64,000 nt of DNA. It comes from Octopus sinensis (lineage: Eukaryota). Positions 36,843 to 49,959 of this stretch are shown here, one piece after another. A model generated the notes under the pieces. That model was not told the origin of the DNA. It saw nothing but the letters and a program-made list of their open reading frames with translations, and did no database searches. The DNA is taken from assembly GCF_006345805.1 (NCBI RefSeq), contig NC_042999.1, forward strand, positions 3,472,001 through 3,536,000, written 5' to 3'. How positions within the stretch are numbered: position 1 is the first letter of the stretch; each line of letters opens with the position of its first letter. The translations under genes were made by a program, and so were the position numbers.

Positions 36843-37040
36843 TAGTTAATCCAAACATGAACAAAGAGAAAACACAACAACGCGAGGACGTGGAACAAGT
36901 ATAGTGTTATTGGACGCTCAGGAAAGGAAAAAAGGAGGATTTAACGCTTCAAGCGGAGCTCTTCGTCAGAAATATAGAAAAAAGGAAAGGTCCAAGGAAG
37001 GGAAGACGGAGAAGAAAATTGCCAATGATACACACATGGA
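36843..37040 (-). mobile_element. Penelope-like relic with near-canonical hammerhead
   Basis: Minus ATTT-CTGACGA-A-GAGC TCC GCTT-GAAGC-GTT-AAAT at ~36939-36973; (TA)n flank. Confidence 0.5.
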
Positions 37041-37474
37041 GAGGGTGTGAATGTCGGTGTAGGTGTAAATGTTGGTGACAAAAAGAGAAAAGTATATATA
37101 TATATATATATATTAATACCTTCAATTCTTATTACAAATCATATACTTTACATTATCTTCACTATGCATGTTTCATGACAACACATTCCTCGATATTGCT
37201 GAAATAGAATGTCTCTATACAATACCACATTAAACCAGTTATATTGCCAATCTTCAGGTCTATTTTATATGAATTTATTTTGCTATTTACATCATATATT
37301 AAGACATGACAAACTAAAATTATATAACTAGAGGTTGTTGGAATAATTTTACTTTAGTAAATAATGAACAGAAATGTGGAATAAAAGTAGGAAAGAGAAA
37401 TGTTAGTAAAAAGAAATGTTAACTTATCTGTATGGTAATTTTCTCTCCATGAATTAAGCATGGTCATATATACT

Positions 37475-37800
37475 TGAAGGTGCATGGCTCAGTGGTTAGA
37501 GTGTCAGACTTACAATCATGAGGTTGTGAGTTCAATTCACAGATCAGGCTATGTGTTGTGTTCTTGAGCAAGACACTTTATTTCACATTGCTCCAGTTCA
37601 CTCAGATGTGGAAATGACTTATGATGTTACAAGTGCCAAGTTGTATTGGCCTTGGACAACATCAGTGGCATGGAGAGGCACGACTGGTATATTTGGGCAA
37701 CTGCTAGTCTTCCACCAATGACCATGCCCAGACTTGTGATTGGAAGAGCACTTTCTAGGAGCAATCCTGTGGTCAATCATGACTGAATGGGGTCTTTACC
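37475..37800 (+). mobile_element. SINE family D
   Basis: TGGCTCAGTGGTTAGAG A box, GAGTTCAATTC B box, shared core. Confidence 0.7.
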
Positions 37801-38499
37801 CGATATATACATACAGAGATAGAGAGAGAGAGAAACAGAGAGAAACAGAGAGAGAGAGAGGAGTGAGATAAAAAGCAAACTATCAAGGAAAGTTCTACTG
37901 AATACAAGAAATAGTAGTCACATCCTCCTTGGTTCCAGATACAAGGAACACCTTTCAACATAAATATTCTTGATTGTGGTTGCTCTAAAGAACAACAGTA
38001 GATTAATAAATATATAAATAATTCAAAAATAAATATATGTGTCTGAGTAGAAAACGAAGATAATTCTGATTTTATCAGGACTCTTAAAAGTTCACCCTGC
38101 CTACCACCTTATCGTTGTTTCAAATCTAACATATGCCGACGGTGTTTATTAGAAAAATTCCCTGAGCTTGCTGCCAAGTTTGATAAAATCTATTATTCAA
38201 TCACACTTAACATAGACATAAGACACAAGTGTGTGCCTGTGTGTGCACTTACAAATAAATGTACACACAGTATTTAACCATGCACGCTTATATACATATT
38301 CATAGATACATCTGAACAGACTCACAAATATACACACCACACACACACCTATATGCAGGGTTATAAGTATTCATAAATATTTATGAATATCTGTTAACTA
38401 CATAATAAACACACTCATACATACATCCACTATCGACATTTATATATTTATATACAGAGTCTGTGTGTATTCAAATGCTGCATACATACATACATGTAT

Positions 38500-38830
38500 A
38501 TCATCATCGTCATCATCATTTAACGTCCGTTGTCCATGCTGGCATGGGTTGGACGGTTTGACCAGGGCTGGTAAGTTGAAAAGCTACACCAGACTCCAGT
38601 CTGATTTGGCATGGTTTTCTACAGCCGGATGCCACCCTTCCTAATGCCAGCCACTCTGAGAGTGTAATAGGTGTTTTTACGTGCCACCAGCACGGGTATC
38701 ATTTCTGTGACACCAGTATCTGCCACGACTGTGATTTTGCTCAGCTTGATGGGTTTTCTTCTCAAGCACAACATAATGCCAAAGGTCTCAGTCACTGACC
38801 TCCGTGAGGCCCAACACTCAAAAGAAACTC
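38500..38830 (-). mobile_element. RTE LINE 3' end
   Basis: (CAT)n terminus and conserved body. Confidence 0.72.
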
Positions 38831-39204
38831 AGTCAAACACACACACACACATATATATATATATAGTTATATGATGTTTCCACAATACATACTACTCTTT
38901 TACTTGTTTCAGTCATTTGACTGTGGCCATGCTGGAGCACCGCCTTTTAGTCAAGCAAAAAATTATTGGATAATTCCAGATCCTTGATTTCTGGCTTTGT
39001 CTCTTTGTCTTCTCTCCTGGTGCTGTATGAATATTTGATGTGGTTTTAGAGTCAAGTTTTGACTGCTGTCTCTAGCATGATGGTATCTCTTAGATACCCT
39101 TAATTATAATTTTAATCAAAATTTTAATAAAATCATATGAAGTTTTTATTCCCATGCTAGCTACTTGATATGATTGTTATTTTAAATAACGATCTTATCC
39201 TTAT

Positions 39205-39470
39205 TTATGGCCCCTGTGCTGGTGGCACGTAAAAGGCACCATCCGATCATGGCCGTTTGCCAGACTCCCCTGGCACCTGTGCCGGTGGCACGTAAAAAGC
39301 ACCCACTACACTCACGGAGTGGTTGGCGTTAGGAAGCGCATCCAGCCATAGAAACACTGCCAGATTGGACTGGGCCTCGTGCAGCCTTCTGGCTTCCCAG
39401 ACTCTAGTTGAACCGTCTAACCCATGCTAGCATGGAAAGCGGATGCTAAATGATGATGATGATGATGATG

Positions 39471-39471
<1 letters not shown>
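39205..39471 (+). mobile_element. RTE LINE 3' end
   Basis: Units, terminus, (GAT)n then (TA)n. Confidence 0.78.
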
Positions 39472-39519
<48 letters not shown>

Positions 39520-39554
39520 CTGTGTATATATATATACACACTGCATATCTGGTA

Positions 39555-39790
39555 TATGTGGAGGCATGTGGTTTAGCAGTTGGGGTGTTGGAGACATGGT
39601 CATAAGATTGTGGTTTCAATTCCTGTACAGATTGATGCATTTTATTCATGAACAAAACTTTTTTATTTGCACTGCTTCAGTTCACTCAGCTGGCAAAAAT
39701 GAGTATCCCTTTTACAGACTGGCATCCCATCCAGTGGGGGGAAATATATTCACCACAGAAGGTGGCCTTATCACTCTATAAGACTTGGGA
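39555..39790 (+). mobile_element. Old tRNA-headed SINE with V-like segment
   Basis: CAGTTCACTCAGCTGGCAAAAATGAGT as in family D, then GACTGGCATCCCATCCAG. Confidence 0.5.
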
Positions 39791-39825
39791 AAGAGATTTA
39801 TCCTTATCTTAAACCTGACATACCT

Positions 39826-40155
39826 CCATCATCATCGTTTAACATCCGCTTTCCATGCTAGCATGGGTTAGATGATTTGACCGAGGACTGGCAAACCAAA
39901 TGGCTGCACCAGGTTCCAATCTTGATATGGCAGCGTTTCTACAGCTCGATGCCCTTCCTGATGCCAACCATTCCGAAGGTGTAGTGGGTGCTTTTACATG
40001 CCACCAGCACAAGGGCCAGTAAGGCAGTACTGGCAACAGCCATGCTCAAATGGTGTTTTTTACGTGCCACCAGCACAGGAGCCAGTTCAGCGGCACTGGC
40101 AATGACCTAGCTCAAATGTTTTTTCATGTGTCACTAGCACAAGTGCCAGTAAGGC
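39826..40155 (-). mobile_element. RTE LINE 3' end
   Basis: Terminus and three units. Confidence 0.75.
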
Positions 40156-40411
40156 AAGAAAACCAACGATAAGTGAGTGAATCTGGTCATCAAGTGCAGG
40201 TCTCCCTTCACTCTAATCCAAGTCAACACAAATCCCCTTGGTAGCACAAACAGCCAGCAGTAGTTGAGGTACCAGATGCATCTGCCATAGTGTAATACCA
40301 CCACTCACTTAGTTTAGTTTCCTTCCTCTTTAGAACACATGACGGTACAGTGGTGGAGAGAGTAGTTATGGTTGTCCTTTTGCCTAGGCAGCTGTTTCAT
40401 CTGTTACTGTT

Positions 40412-40841
40412 CTTTTCTACTCTAGGCACGAGGCCCGAAATTTTGGAGGAAAGGGCCAGTTGATTAGATCAACCCCAGTACACAAATGGTTCTTAATTTA
40501 TCGACCCTGCAAGGATGAAAGGCAAAGTCGATCTCGGCAAAATTTGAACTCAGAATGTAAAGACAGACGAAATACCGCTAAGCATTTCGCCCGGTGTGCT
40601 AACGTTTCTTATTTCTTTACTGCCCACAAAGGAACAAACATAGTGGGGCCAAACAAGGACAGACAAGAGGGATTAAGTCGATTACATCTACCCCAGTGTG
40701 TAACTGGTACTTAATTTATCGACCCTGAAAGGATGAAAGGCATAGTTGACCTCGGTAGAATTTGAACTTAGAACGTAATGGTAGATGAAATACTGGTAAG
40801 TATTTCGCCCAGCATGCTAACATTTCTGCCAGCTCACCACC
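40412..40841 (-). mobile_element. Heterodimeric SINE (family B plus alternative-tail monomer) with 16-bp TSD
   Basis: TSD TTCATCTGTTACTGTT at 40396-40411 and 40842-40857; internal junction near 40610. Confidence 0.85.
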
Positions 40842-41119
40842 TTCATCTGTTACTGTTGCTCTCTAAGAAGTGTTGTCAGTGTCTAAGAGGTAGGAACTTG
40901 GTCATCTTTGAAAAAGGAGTTCAATTATGATCATTCTGGTAAATAGTATATAAATATATAAAAAGTCTCTGATTTAGGCACGGGGCCAATGATTCTGAGG
41001 GGAAAGGCTTCAACAACACAACACACCCCAGTACTTGACTGGTACTCTATTTTACCGTCCCTGAAAGGATGTAAGATAAGGTTGATCTGAGTGGGATTAC
41101 AACTTGGTATGTACTAGTC

Positions 41120-41358
41120 AAAGGCGGTGAGCTGGCAGAAACATTAGCATGCCGGGCAAAACGCTTAGTGGTATTTTGTCTGCCACTACGTTCTGAGTTC
41201 AAATTCCACCGAGGTCAACTTTGCTTTTCATCTTTCCAGGGTCGATAAATTAAGGACCAGTTATGCACTGGGGTCAATATAATCGACTTAATTCGTTTGT
41301 CTGTCTTTGTTTGTCCTCTCTGAGTTTAGCCCCTTGTGGGTAGTAAAGATACAGGTAT
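41120..41358 (+). mobile_element. SINE family B
   Basis: GGCGGTGAGCTGGCAGAAAC head to GTAGTAAAGA tail. Confidence 0.82.
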
Positions 41359-42269
41359 GTAGTAGTCAGAAGAAATAGCACAAAGTATTTTGCTTGAAGT
41401 TTTAACAATTCTGTCAGTCTATTGGTCGGAATAAATATATTAATGAATTAAACTACGGCCTTCACTAGCAGTTGAGTATGACTTGGTGACATTTACCATG
41501 CTTTTGCTAATCACTTTGGATACCCATGTAGATGCAAGGAAACATAGATATCTTCTGGGCCCTCAAACACTTCACTCAGTGTAACCTTAATCAGACGTCA
41601 TCAGGAGTGACACAGGGCTGCGTTAGCACTTGGTTGGTGCTGCCCTCTATCCTTCAGAAAGGATGAAAGACAAAGTTAACCTCAAAATGGTTTGAACTCA
41701 GAGTGTCGAGAGATGGAACAAATACCAAAGTGTTTCGTCTGATGCTCTAATGACTGCCGATTAACTGGTTTACAAATACATTAATAGACTTATAAATAAT
41801 TAACTATTAATCAATAACAAACAACTTAGTAAGAGCAAGAGAGAGAGAGAGAGGGAGAGAGAGAGAGAGAGAGGGGGAAAGATAGAGATGTTGGTGTAGA
41901 TATATACATACATATTACATTTGTGTTGGTGTAGCACTGCAGGTTTTTACATATATGCTGTGTCAGGTGACTGAATCAAATGATCATGTGTTTCTGATTG
42001 ACAGATGTTCAGCGAAGGAACTCGGTCAGGCAACTAAATAAGACTCATGAATTAAAACAAAAAAATAAAAGACAATTAACTTTAATCAGATGAGTATTGT
42101 ACTGTGGGACTTGTAATAACTAGATTTCAACAAAAACCTACCAGGAACACCACAATGATAACAATGATAAGAGTTGGTGTGATACACTACAGGACAACAA
42201 ATTGATATTGTACAAGGAATAATGGATCACCATCATCATCATCATCAAGGAATGAAGCCAGTATGCTGC

Positions 42270-43177
42270 AACGGATGTGTAAATGTCAGTGTGCATACTC
42301 ATACTCGACAGAGTGTAAGTGCCTTGAGAGAAAAGTTGGGCCTAAGAAGTAGCAGATGTGGTGTGCAAGAGAGACGACTGCGCTGGTATAGTCATGTGGT
42401 GAGAATGGATGAGGACAGCTGTGTGAAAAAATAGCACACCCTAGCAGTTGAGGGAACCTGTTGAAGAAGTAGACCCAGGAGGACCTGGGATGAGGTGGTG
42501 AAGCATGACCTTCAAACATTAGGCCTCACTGAAGCAATGACTAGTGACCGAGACCTTTGGAAATATGCTGTGCTTGTGAAGACTTAGCAGGCCAAGTGAG
42601 ACCATAACCTCGTGGCCTATTCCAGGGGTGTAACCAGCCCACTTATATAATGTGTACCTTTCCTTCATTGGACAAAAACTCTGCTTGCAAAGACCTGTTG
42701 AGGCAAGTGAAATCGAAATCTATTCAATGACTGGCATCCGTGCTAGTGGAGCGCTAAGAGCGCCATCCAAGCATGATCGTTGCCAGAGCAGCTGACTGGC
42801 TTCTGTGCTGGTGGCACATAAAAAGCACCATTCGAGCGTGATTGTTACCAGCATCGCCTTACTGGCATATGAAAAAAACATTCGAGCGAGGTCATTGCCT
42901 GTGCCGCTGGACTGGCTCTTGTGCAGGTGGCACATAAAAACACCATTTGAGCATGGCCGTTGCCAGTACTGCCTGACTGGCCCTCGTACTGGTGGCACAT
43001 AAAAGCACCCACTACACTCTTGGAGTGGTTGGCATTAGGAAGGGCATCCAGCTGTAGAAACTCTGCCAGATCAAGATTGGAGCCTTGTGCAGCCATCTGG
43101 TTTGCCAGACCTCAGTCAAATCATCCAGCCCATGCTGGCATGGAAAGCAGATGTTAAATGAAGATGATGATGATGAT
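42270..43177 (+). mobile_element. 5'-truncated RTE LINE: ORF end continuous with the 62-bp-unit 3' UTR
   Basis: LREKLGLRSSRCGVQERRLRWYSHVVRMDEDSCVKK, then UTR, tandem units and (GAT)n. Confidence 0.85.
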
Positions 43178-43288
43178 ACACACACACACACAGAGTATAT
43201 ATTATATATATGTATAAATATATATAAACACATGCACACACACAAAGTATAATTTATGTATACATACATACATGTGTATATATATATA

Positions 43289-43319
<31 letters not shown>

Positions 43320-43944
43320 CATGCATATATATATACATATATACATACATGCCTGCTATATGAAACACATAAAAAACCATGTTTACCACGATAGGAAATT
43401 TCCAACATAAATCTAAATTTTCACAAGACATGTTTAACACTGTTGAACACATATTTACTTGAGGTTAAAATTTAGCAGAAAAGAAAAACTAAGAAGCCAC
43501 AAATCAATAACGGTTTGGTGCATGTGTATCAAAGATGCTTAACATTTACTTAATCTTGGAGAAGTCCTGAAACTATTCAGTTGTGAACTTTATACAGGAA
43601 GAATTTTGTATCAAATAGTGACGTATCCTAGTGACACATTATAAGATGCAACCACACACACACACACATTATATCTATTCTGTTATTCTCTTATTCTCTT
43701 ATTCATTTCGGTTATTTGACTGTGGCCATGCTGGAACACCGCCTTAATCTGTTAAAGTTCGTGAGTGATTCAATGTGAACACAGGATGTTGTTATGTATA
43801 AATGTGGTTGTGTGGTAAAGAGGTTAGCTTCACAACCATGAGGTCTTGGGTTCGGTCTCATTACTGGCAACTTCTACCACAGCTCCAGTCTGGTCAATAG
43901 ACTTGTGAATAGATTTGGCACACAGAAACTGTAAGAAATTTATT

Positions 43945-43948
43945 GTGT

Positions 43949-43995
<47 letters not shown>

Positions 43996-44250
43996 AGTGA
44001 ATGTGTGTATGAGAGAGTGTGTGTGTGCAAGTATGTATGTGTGTATGAGTGTATCTGTATATGTGTGTGTGTGAGAGAGTGTGTGTGTGAGGGTGTGTGT
44101 GTGTGAGAGTGTATGTTTGTGTGAGAGTGTATGTGTGTGTGAGAGTGTATGTTTGTGTGAGAGAGAGTGTGTGTGTGTCTGAGAGAGAGAGAGAGAGTGT
44201 GTGTGTGTGTGTGAGAGAGAGAGAATGTGTGTGTGTGTGTGTGTGTACAC
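43945..44250. repeat. (TG)/(AG) microsatellite tract
   Basis: Direct inspection. Confidence 0.92.
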
Positions 44251-44466
44251 ACACCAGGTTGACACAAAACTTTTATGTATTTCAAACTTTAATTAACGAT
44301 TCAAACAAATTACATACACAATTAGGATTATGAAAATAAATCTTTTTTATATCCCCCAGTTTCTATGGGATTTACTAGCATTTGCTTGCAAATGTTCACA
44401 GGTTTCTGAGTCTGGACAATGGTCTGTTCATGAACTTCGGCAGCATCCTCTTCTACTGCTAATTAA

Positions 44467-44480
44467 GTTGCCATGGTAAC
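44467..44480. promoter_or_regulatory. RFX X-box consensus match
   Basis: GTTGCCATGGTAAC fits GTNRCC-N2-RGYAAC; lies in non-repetitive sequence. Confidence 0.35.
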
Positions 44481-45733
44481 ATAAACCATCTCCTACTTCC
44501 CAAGATCCTTCTGGGTCTTTTCAGAATATCTATTTCTCAGGTACTCTCATCTATTGCTTCTACACATCTGCTTTCCCAAAAAATAATCTACCCTTTCTGT
44601 TAAAACACACACACATACACACACACACACACACACACGAGTGTATCCTAGATTTTAGAAGAGGTGCACCATATCCCTGCATATTAAAAGGGGAAAACTA
44701 AAAGGGTTGCTGTCAGAAAAGGCATCTGGCTATAAAACACAACCTGAAGCATAGAAAAAAATGGCAATGATGGGGATAATGATGATGATGATGTGTGTGT
44801 GTGTGTACATAAATTAGTATATAACAATATGAGTCTATATACTATATAGGTGTATAGAATTGCAAGTCTGTGTATTTCGAATGTGTTTTTAGTCAGATGA
44901 AATTGTTAATATTGACCAACTAATGAATCAAATCAGTACCATATATTGGCAGATTGCCAATGGACATTGTATCTCCAGAAGATAGATGGTCTTATTGGTA
45001 AGATGAGAAGTTCAAATGCTATCATTGTGATCGAATTTCTGTATTTCTCAAGTGAAGAATCATTGCTATTAAACATGGATTTCTTCAGACAGTTTTCTTC
45101 ATACGTCTTCTTTATCAAACAAGATTTTGATTAATATCTTAGCACACTTCTACAACAAATCAATGCTTTAATCTTGATTTCAACTTCATCTTTGAGGTTT
45201 CTGGAAAGATTTTTCTAAGAAAGCTATAAAAGTGGTTAAAACCATGTCTTCCAATAGCCCCGGGCAACTCAAAGTCTTGCGAGAGGACTTGGTAGATGTA
45301 AATTGAAAATGTGTGTGTGTGTGTGTGTGTGGTGTGTGTGTGTGTGTGTGTATGCATGTGTATGTGCATGCACATGCTAGTTTGTGTTTCCCTCGCTTTT
45401 GCTGGTTTATAAACAGTGGTTTTCTGACAATGTCATTCACTTGCCGTCCACCACAAAAGCATAGCCAACCTTCTTGACATGTTGGACAATTTCTGTAAAG
45501 GAAAGGACTCATGCAGTGTCATTTGCTTTGTGTCTCCTTGACTTGATATCACAATGATAGCTGTAAACAAGCATTGGTGTCACATGAACATAATGTTACC
45601 TGGGAACAGGTGAGAGTTGATGAAAGAAAAGGAATCCAGCTTTAGAAAATCTCTCTCAATGAATTGCATCTAACTCATGCAAGCATGGAAAGTGTTGACA
45701 TTAAAATAAGGATGAAGAAAATCATGATGATAT

Positions 45734-45967
45734 ATATTTCTTTATTACCCACAAGGGGCTAAACACAGACGGGACAAACAAGGACAGACAAAGGGATTAA
45801 GTCGATTACATCGACCCCAGTGCGTAACTAATACTTAATTTATCGACCCTGAAAGGATGAAAGGCAAAGTCGACCTTGGCAGAATTTGAACTCACAACAT
45901 AACGGCATACGAAATACGGCTACGCATTTCGCTCAGCATGCTAACATTTCTGCCAGCTCACCGCCTT
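45734..45967 (-). mobile_element. SINE family B with 16-bp TSD
   Basis: TSD AAATCATGATGATATA at 45718-45733 and 45968-45983. Confidence 0.88.
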
Positions 45968-46009
45968 AAATCATGATGATATAACACACACACACACACA
46001 CACACATGC

Positions 46010-46370
46010 TTTAGTTTGCTCCCCAACCACATGGTTCTGGGTTCAGTCCCACTGCGTGACACCTTGGGCAAGTGTCTTGTACTACAGCCTTGGGCCAATA
46101 AAAGCCCTGTGAATGGATTTGGTAGATGGGAACTGTAAAAATCCTGGCATATGTATGCGTGTTTGTCCCCCACCACTGCTTGACAACCAGTGTTGGTGTG
46201 TTTATGTCCCCCATAACTTGACAGTTCAGCAAAAGAAAGACAGATAGAATAAGTACCAGGCTTTCAAATAATAAGTAGTTTAGAAGAATAAGTTGATTAG
46301 TTCAACTAAAATTCTGGTGCTCCAGCATGGACACATTGTAATGACTGAAACAAGTAAAAGATAAAAGATA
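46010..46370 (+). mobile_element. SINE family A
   Basis: Head, core and CTGAAACAAGTAAAAGATAAAAGA tail. Confidence 0.72.
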
Positions 46371-46650
46371 ATCTATTATAAATATTCTATATAAATTTTT
46401 ATAATATAATTTCAACATTATAATAAAGTTTATATGTAAATCATGGGTGTAATGAAGAAATGTGCTTTGTGACCATAAAATTATGAGTGTTATTCCACTG
46501 CATGGCATCTTAGGGTAAATGTCACTTTTCAACAGCCTTGGGTTAACCCATACCTTATGAACGAAATCAAGTATATGGAAGCTATATAAAGCCTGTTGGG
46601 TGAATTGTACAAGTGATTCAAATGTCATAGCTTTGTCAGACACATTTCAA

Positions 46651-47205
46651 ATCATCATCATCGCTTAACGTCCGTTTTCCATGCTAGCATGGGTTGGACA
46701 TTTCGACCAGGGTCTGGGAAGCCAGGAGGCTGCACCAGGCTCCAGTCTGATCTGGCAGTGTTTCTACAGCTAGATGCACTTCCTAATCCCAACCACTCCG
46801 TGAGTGTAGTGTGTGCTTTTTACGTGCCAGGGGAGGCTGGCAACGGCCACCTACACGGAAGCCACTCAAGGCGGCGCTGGCATCGGCCACGTACGGATGG
46901 TGCTTTTTAGGTGCCTCCAGCACAGGTGCCAGGGTAGGCTGGTAACGGTGACAAACAGTTGGTGCTTCTTACGTGCCACCGGCATGGAAGCCAGTCAGGG
47001 CGGCACTGGCATTGGCCATGTACAGTTGGTGCTTTTTACATGCCACCGGCACAGGTGCCAGGGGAGGCTAGCAACGTCCACGATCAGTTGGTGCTTTTTA
47101 CGTGCCACCGGCACGGAAGCCAGTCAAGGCGGCACTGGCATCAGCCATGTACGGATGGTGCATTTTACATGCCACCGGCACAGGTATTGCGATCAAATTT
47201 CAAAA
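46651..47205 (-). mobile_element. RTE LINE 3' end with about six units
   Basis: Terminus and alternating ~60-bp units. Confidence 0.78.
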
Positions 47206-47754
47206 GAGTAAAATAAATTTACAGCACTAAGTAATATCAGAATCCAAGATTAAAAACTTACAGACACACAGACAATCGAACCTGCAAGTACGTAGTGTGC
47301 TCATTCAATCAGATAACCTGAGAAACAAACTTAACAAAATCGAGAATTTCTTCTGCAGCTGCCTAACAGGTATCAATGCAGGATCAGTACTTCCTTTAAT
47401 GTCAAACAACCTCAGAAGCATATAATCCAATGTTGCCTGAGAATATACAAAGCTAATAGTTTGCACCCAGATCATAATTACAAACTCAACCACCGATAAC
47501 CTGATTACATTCTAACACAAAATCCAATTAGATGGAATAGAAATAAACCCTATATGTGTGTGTGCATGGGTAGATAAGCAGATAGGTATACATCTACATG
47601 CTTGTATGCTTGCATAAATACATACATACATGCATGCATACTTAAAAGTAATATACAATATCATCCACAGAAAGGACTGCCCTGGGTAAATATAAACAAC
47701 ACTTCTGCTATTGAATAAATAATTATATATCAAAGTAACGATATGCATAAGATA

Positions 47755-48245
47755 TGTAATGATATGCATAAGATCTGGTCATCAAATCTAAGTAGAGATT
47801 TCAAACTTAAAATTTTCAAAGCCACAGTCGAACCAATTCTACTACATGGCTCAAAAATCTGGATGTTATCAAAGAAGCTTGAGAGGTGGTTGGATGGAAC
47901 TTACACTCGCCTCTTTATGAGAGCTCAAAATCTCTCGTGGAAGCGTCATCCAACCAAAGTACAAATATATGGGAAATTACCACCTGTATCATCCATCTCT
48001 TGTGAAAGGTAGAAGAGTCCAGTTTGCTAGACATTGTTTTAGAGCTGAAAACGAGGTAATTTCTACTCTTCTCCTCTGGAAGCTATCTGCTCGCGATACC
48101 AGAGGGCGCAAACTCTCCTGCCCTGATGTAATCTCCAGGGATACAAGCATCCAGTAACAGGACCACCGTAATGCTATGATGGACAGTGAGGTCTGGCGTA
48201 ACATAGTAAATTCCATTGTCTCGACCATGGTCGAACAATGAATGA
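47755..48245 (+). mobile_element. 5'-truncated RTE-clade LINE, sister copy of 33836-34248
   Basis: IWSSNLSRDFKLKIFKATVEPILLHGS...LDGTYTRLFMRAQNLSW; same tail. Confidence 0.85.
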
Positions 48246-49231
48246 TTGGCGGAACATCTTCAAGAAAATTCATACCAAATGCAGACAGAAAGGAAAAAAA
48301 TAAGTTGGACAGAAAAGAAAAAAATAAGTTGTGTATAGTCATAGAGGTCACCTACCCAACTGGTGTAAATTCCCTTTGAAAATGAGCAAAAAGGAGAATA
48401 TAAATCCTTAAAAATGTTTCAGCCCAAAAGCTGCGGCCATGCTGGGGCACCACCGTTGAATATGTATAGATGGCTGCTTTAAAACCTACACTTCCTCTGC
48501 TACCCTAATGATAAAGTCACATTTATACTAATGATTGGTGTACTTGATTCTGTTAGTAAATGTTTAGGATTTAGGGGCAAAGCAAGAGACTTGCTAACAC
48601 ACAATTTACCGATAAAACTCAGCAAGTGGAACAGTGAAAGTAAATATGACTTTTCTAAAGCTTAACATGCAACGCTTTGTTGTTATCCAAATTCCAGCAA
48701 TGGTGCATTGTGTCTTGGATAGAAACCGACTCATTCTTTCCAGGGAGAAATCTGATAAATAAAAAAAATTAAAAATACATGATACAACTGTGTATGTATG
48801 TTTGTATATGTATATATATAATGCATAGAACTCTGTTTTAACTCTTTCAACCTTACTGCATCTTATAGCATTATGTGCTATCATCTTCAGGGACTGATAT
48901 ATAATGAGAAAGTGTCAGAATATATATTCTAGCTTGAAGAAATCTATATGATTATAAATGAAATCAATGGTATTAATACAAACCACAACAAATATGTATT
49001 GAAAGAATGGCATGAATAAATGAATAGATAAAGAACAACAGCTGAATTTAAATAGTTCCGCACATCTGCAGTGTAAATTCCTTTCACAAAAGAGAAAAAT
49101 CAGTTGCTGGTTCTCCCCCTCATCTCCTCACACATACAAAGCATATAAGCATATTCATATGCACACACATACAGACACACATGTGTCTGTGTGTCTTTCT
49201 ATACATGTACAGATATATGCATTGTATATAC

Positions 49232-49264
<33 letters not shown>

Positions 49265-49320
49265 TATGTGTGTGTTATACATCTATAAATGTGTGTAAAT
49301 GTATATATGGATGTGTCTGT

Positions 49321-49355
49321 ATATAAATATACAGATAGATAGACAGATAGCTAAC

Positions 49356-49397
<42 letters not shown>

Positions 49398-49462
49398 TAG
49401 ATAGATAGATAGATAGACAGACAGATAGCTAACTAGATAGATAGATAGATAGATATATACAC

Positions 49463-49500
<38 letters not shown>

Positions 49501-49726
49501 CTAACTAGATAGATAGACAGATAGCTAACTAGATAGATAGACAGATAGCTAACTAGATAGATAGACAGATAGCTAACTAGATAGATAGAAAGATAGCTAA
49601 CTAAATAGATAGATAGACAGATAGCTAACTAAATAGATAGACAGATAGATAGCTAACTAAATAGATAGACAGACAGATAGCTAACTAAATAGATAGACAG
49701 ATAGATAGCTAACTAAATAGATAGAC

Positions 49727-49804
<78 letters not shown>

Positions 49805-49849
49805 CTAACTAGATAGATAGATAGATAGATAGATAGACAGATAGCTAAC

Positions 49850-49909
<60 letters not shown>

Positions 49910-49923
49910 CAGATAGCTAACTC

Positions 49924-49958
<35 letters not shown>
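49321..49958. repeat. (GATA)n with recurring GACAGATAGCTAACTA higher-order unit
   Basis: Direct inspection. Confidence 0.95.

Positions 49959-49959
<1 letters not shown>

Noticed and set aside
47262-47511. Minus-strand segment with GTAAGT donor, several acceptors and a 62-aa ORF
   Set aside because: Stops in all frames between the strongest acceptor and the donor; no recognisable product.
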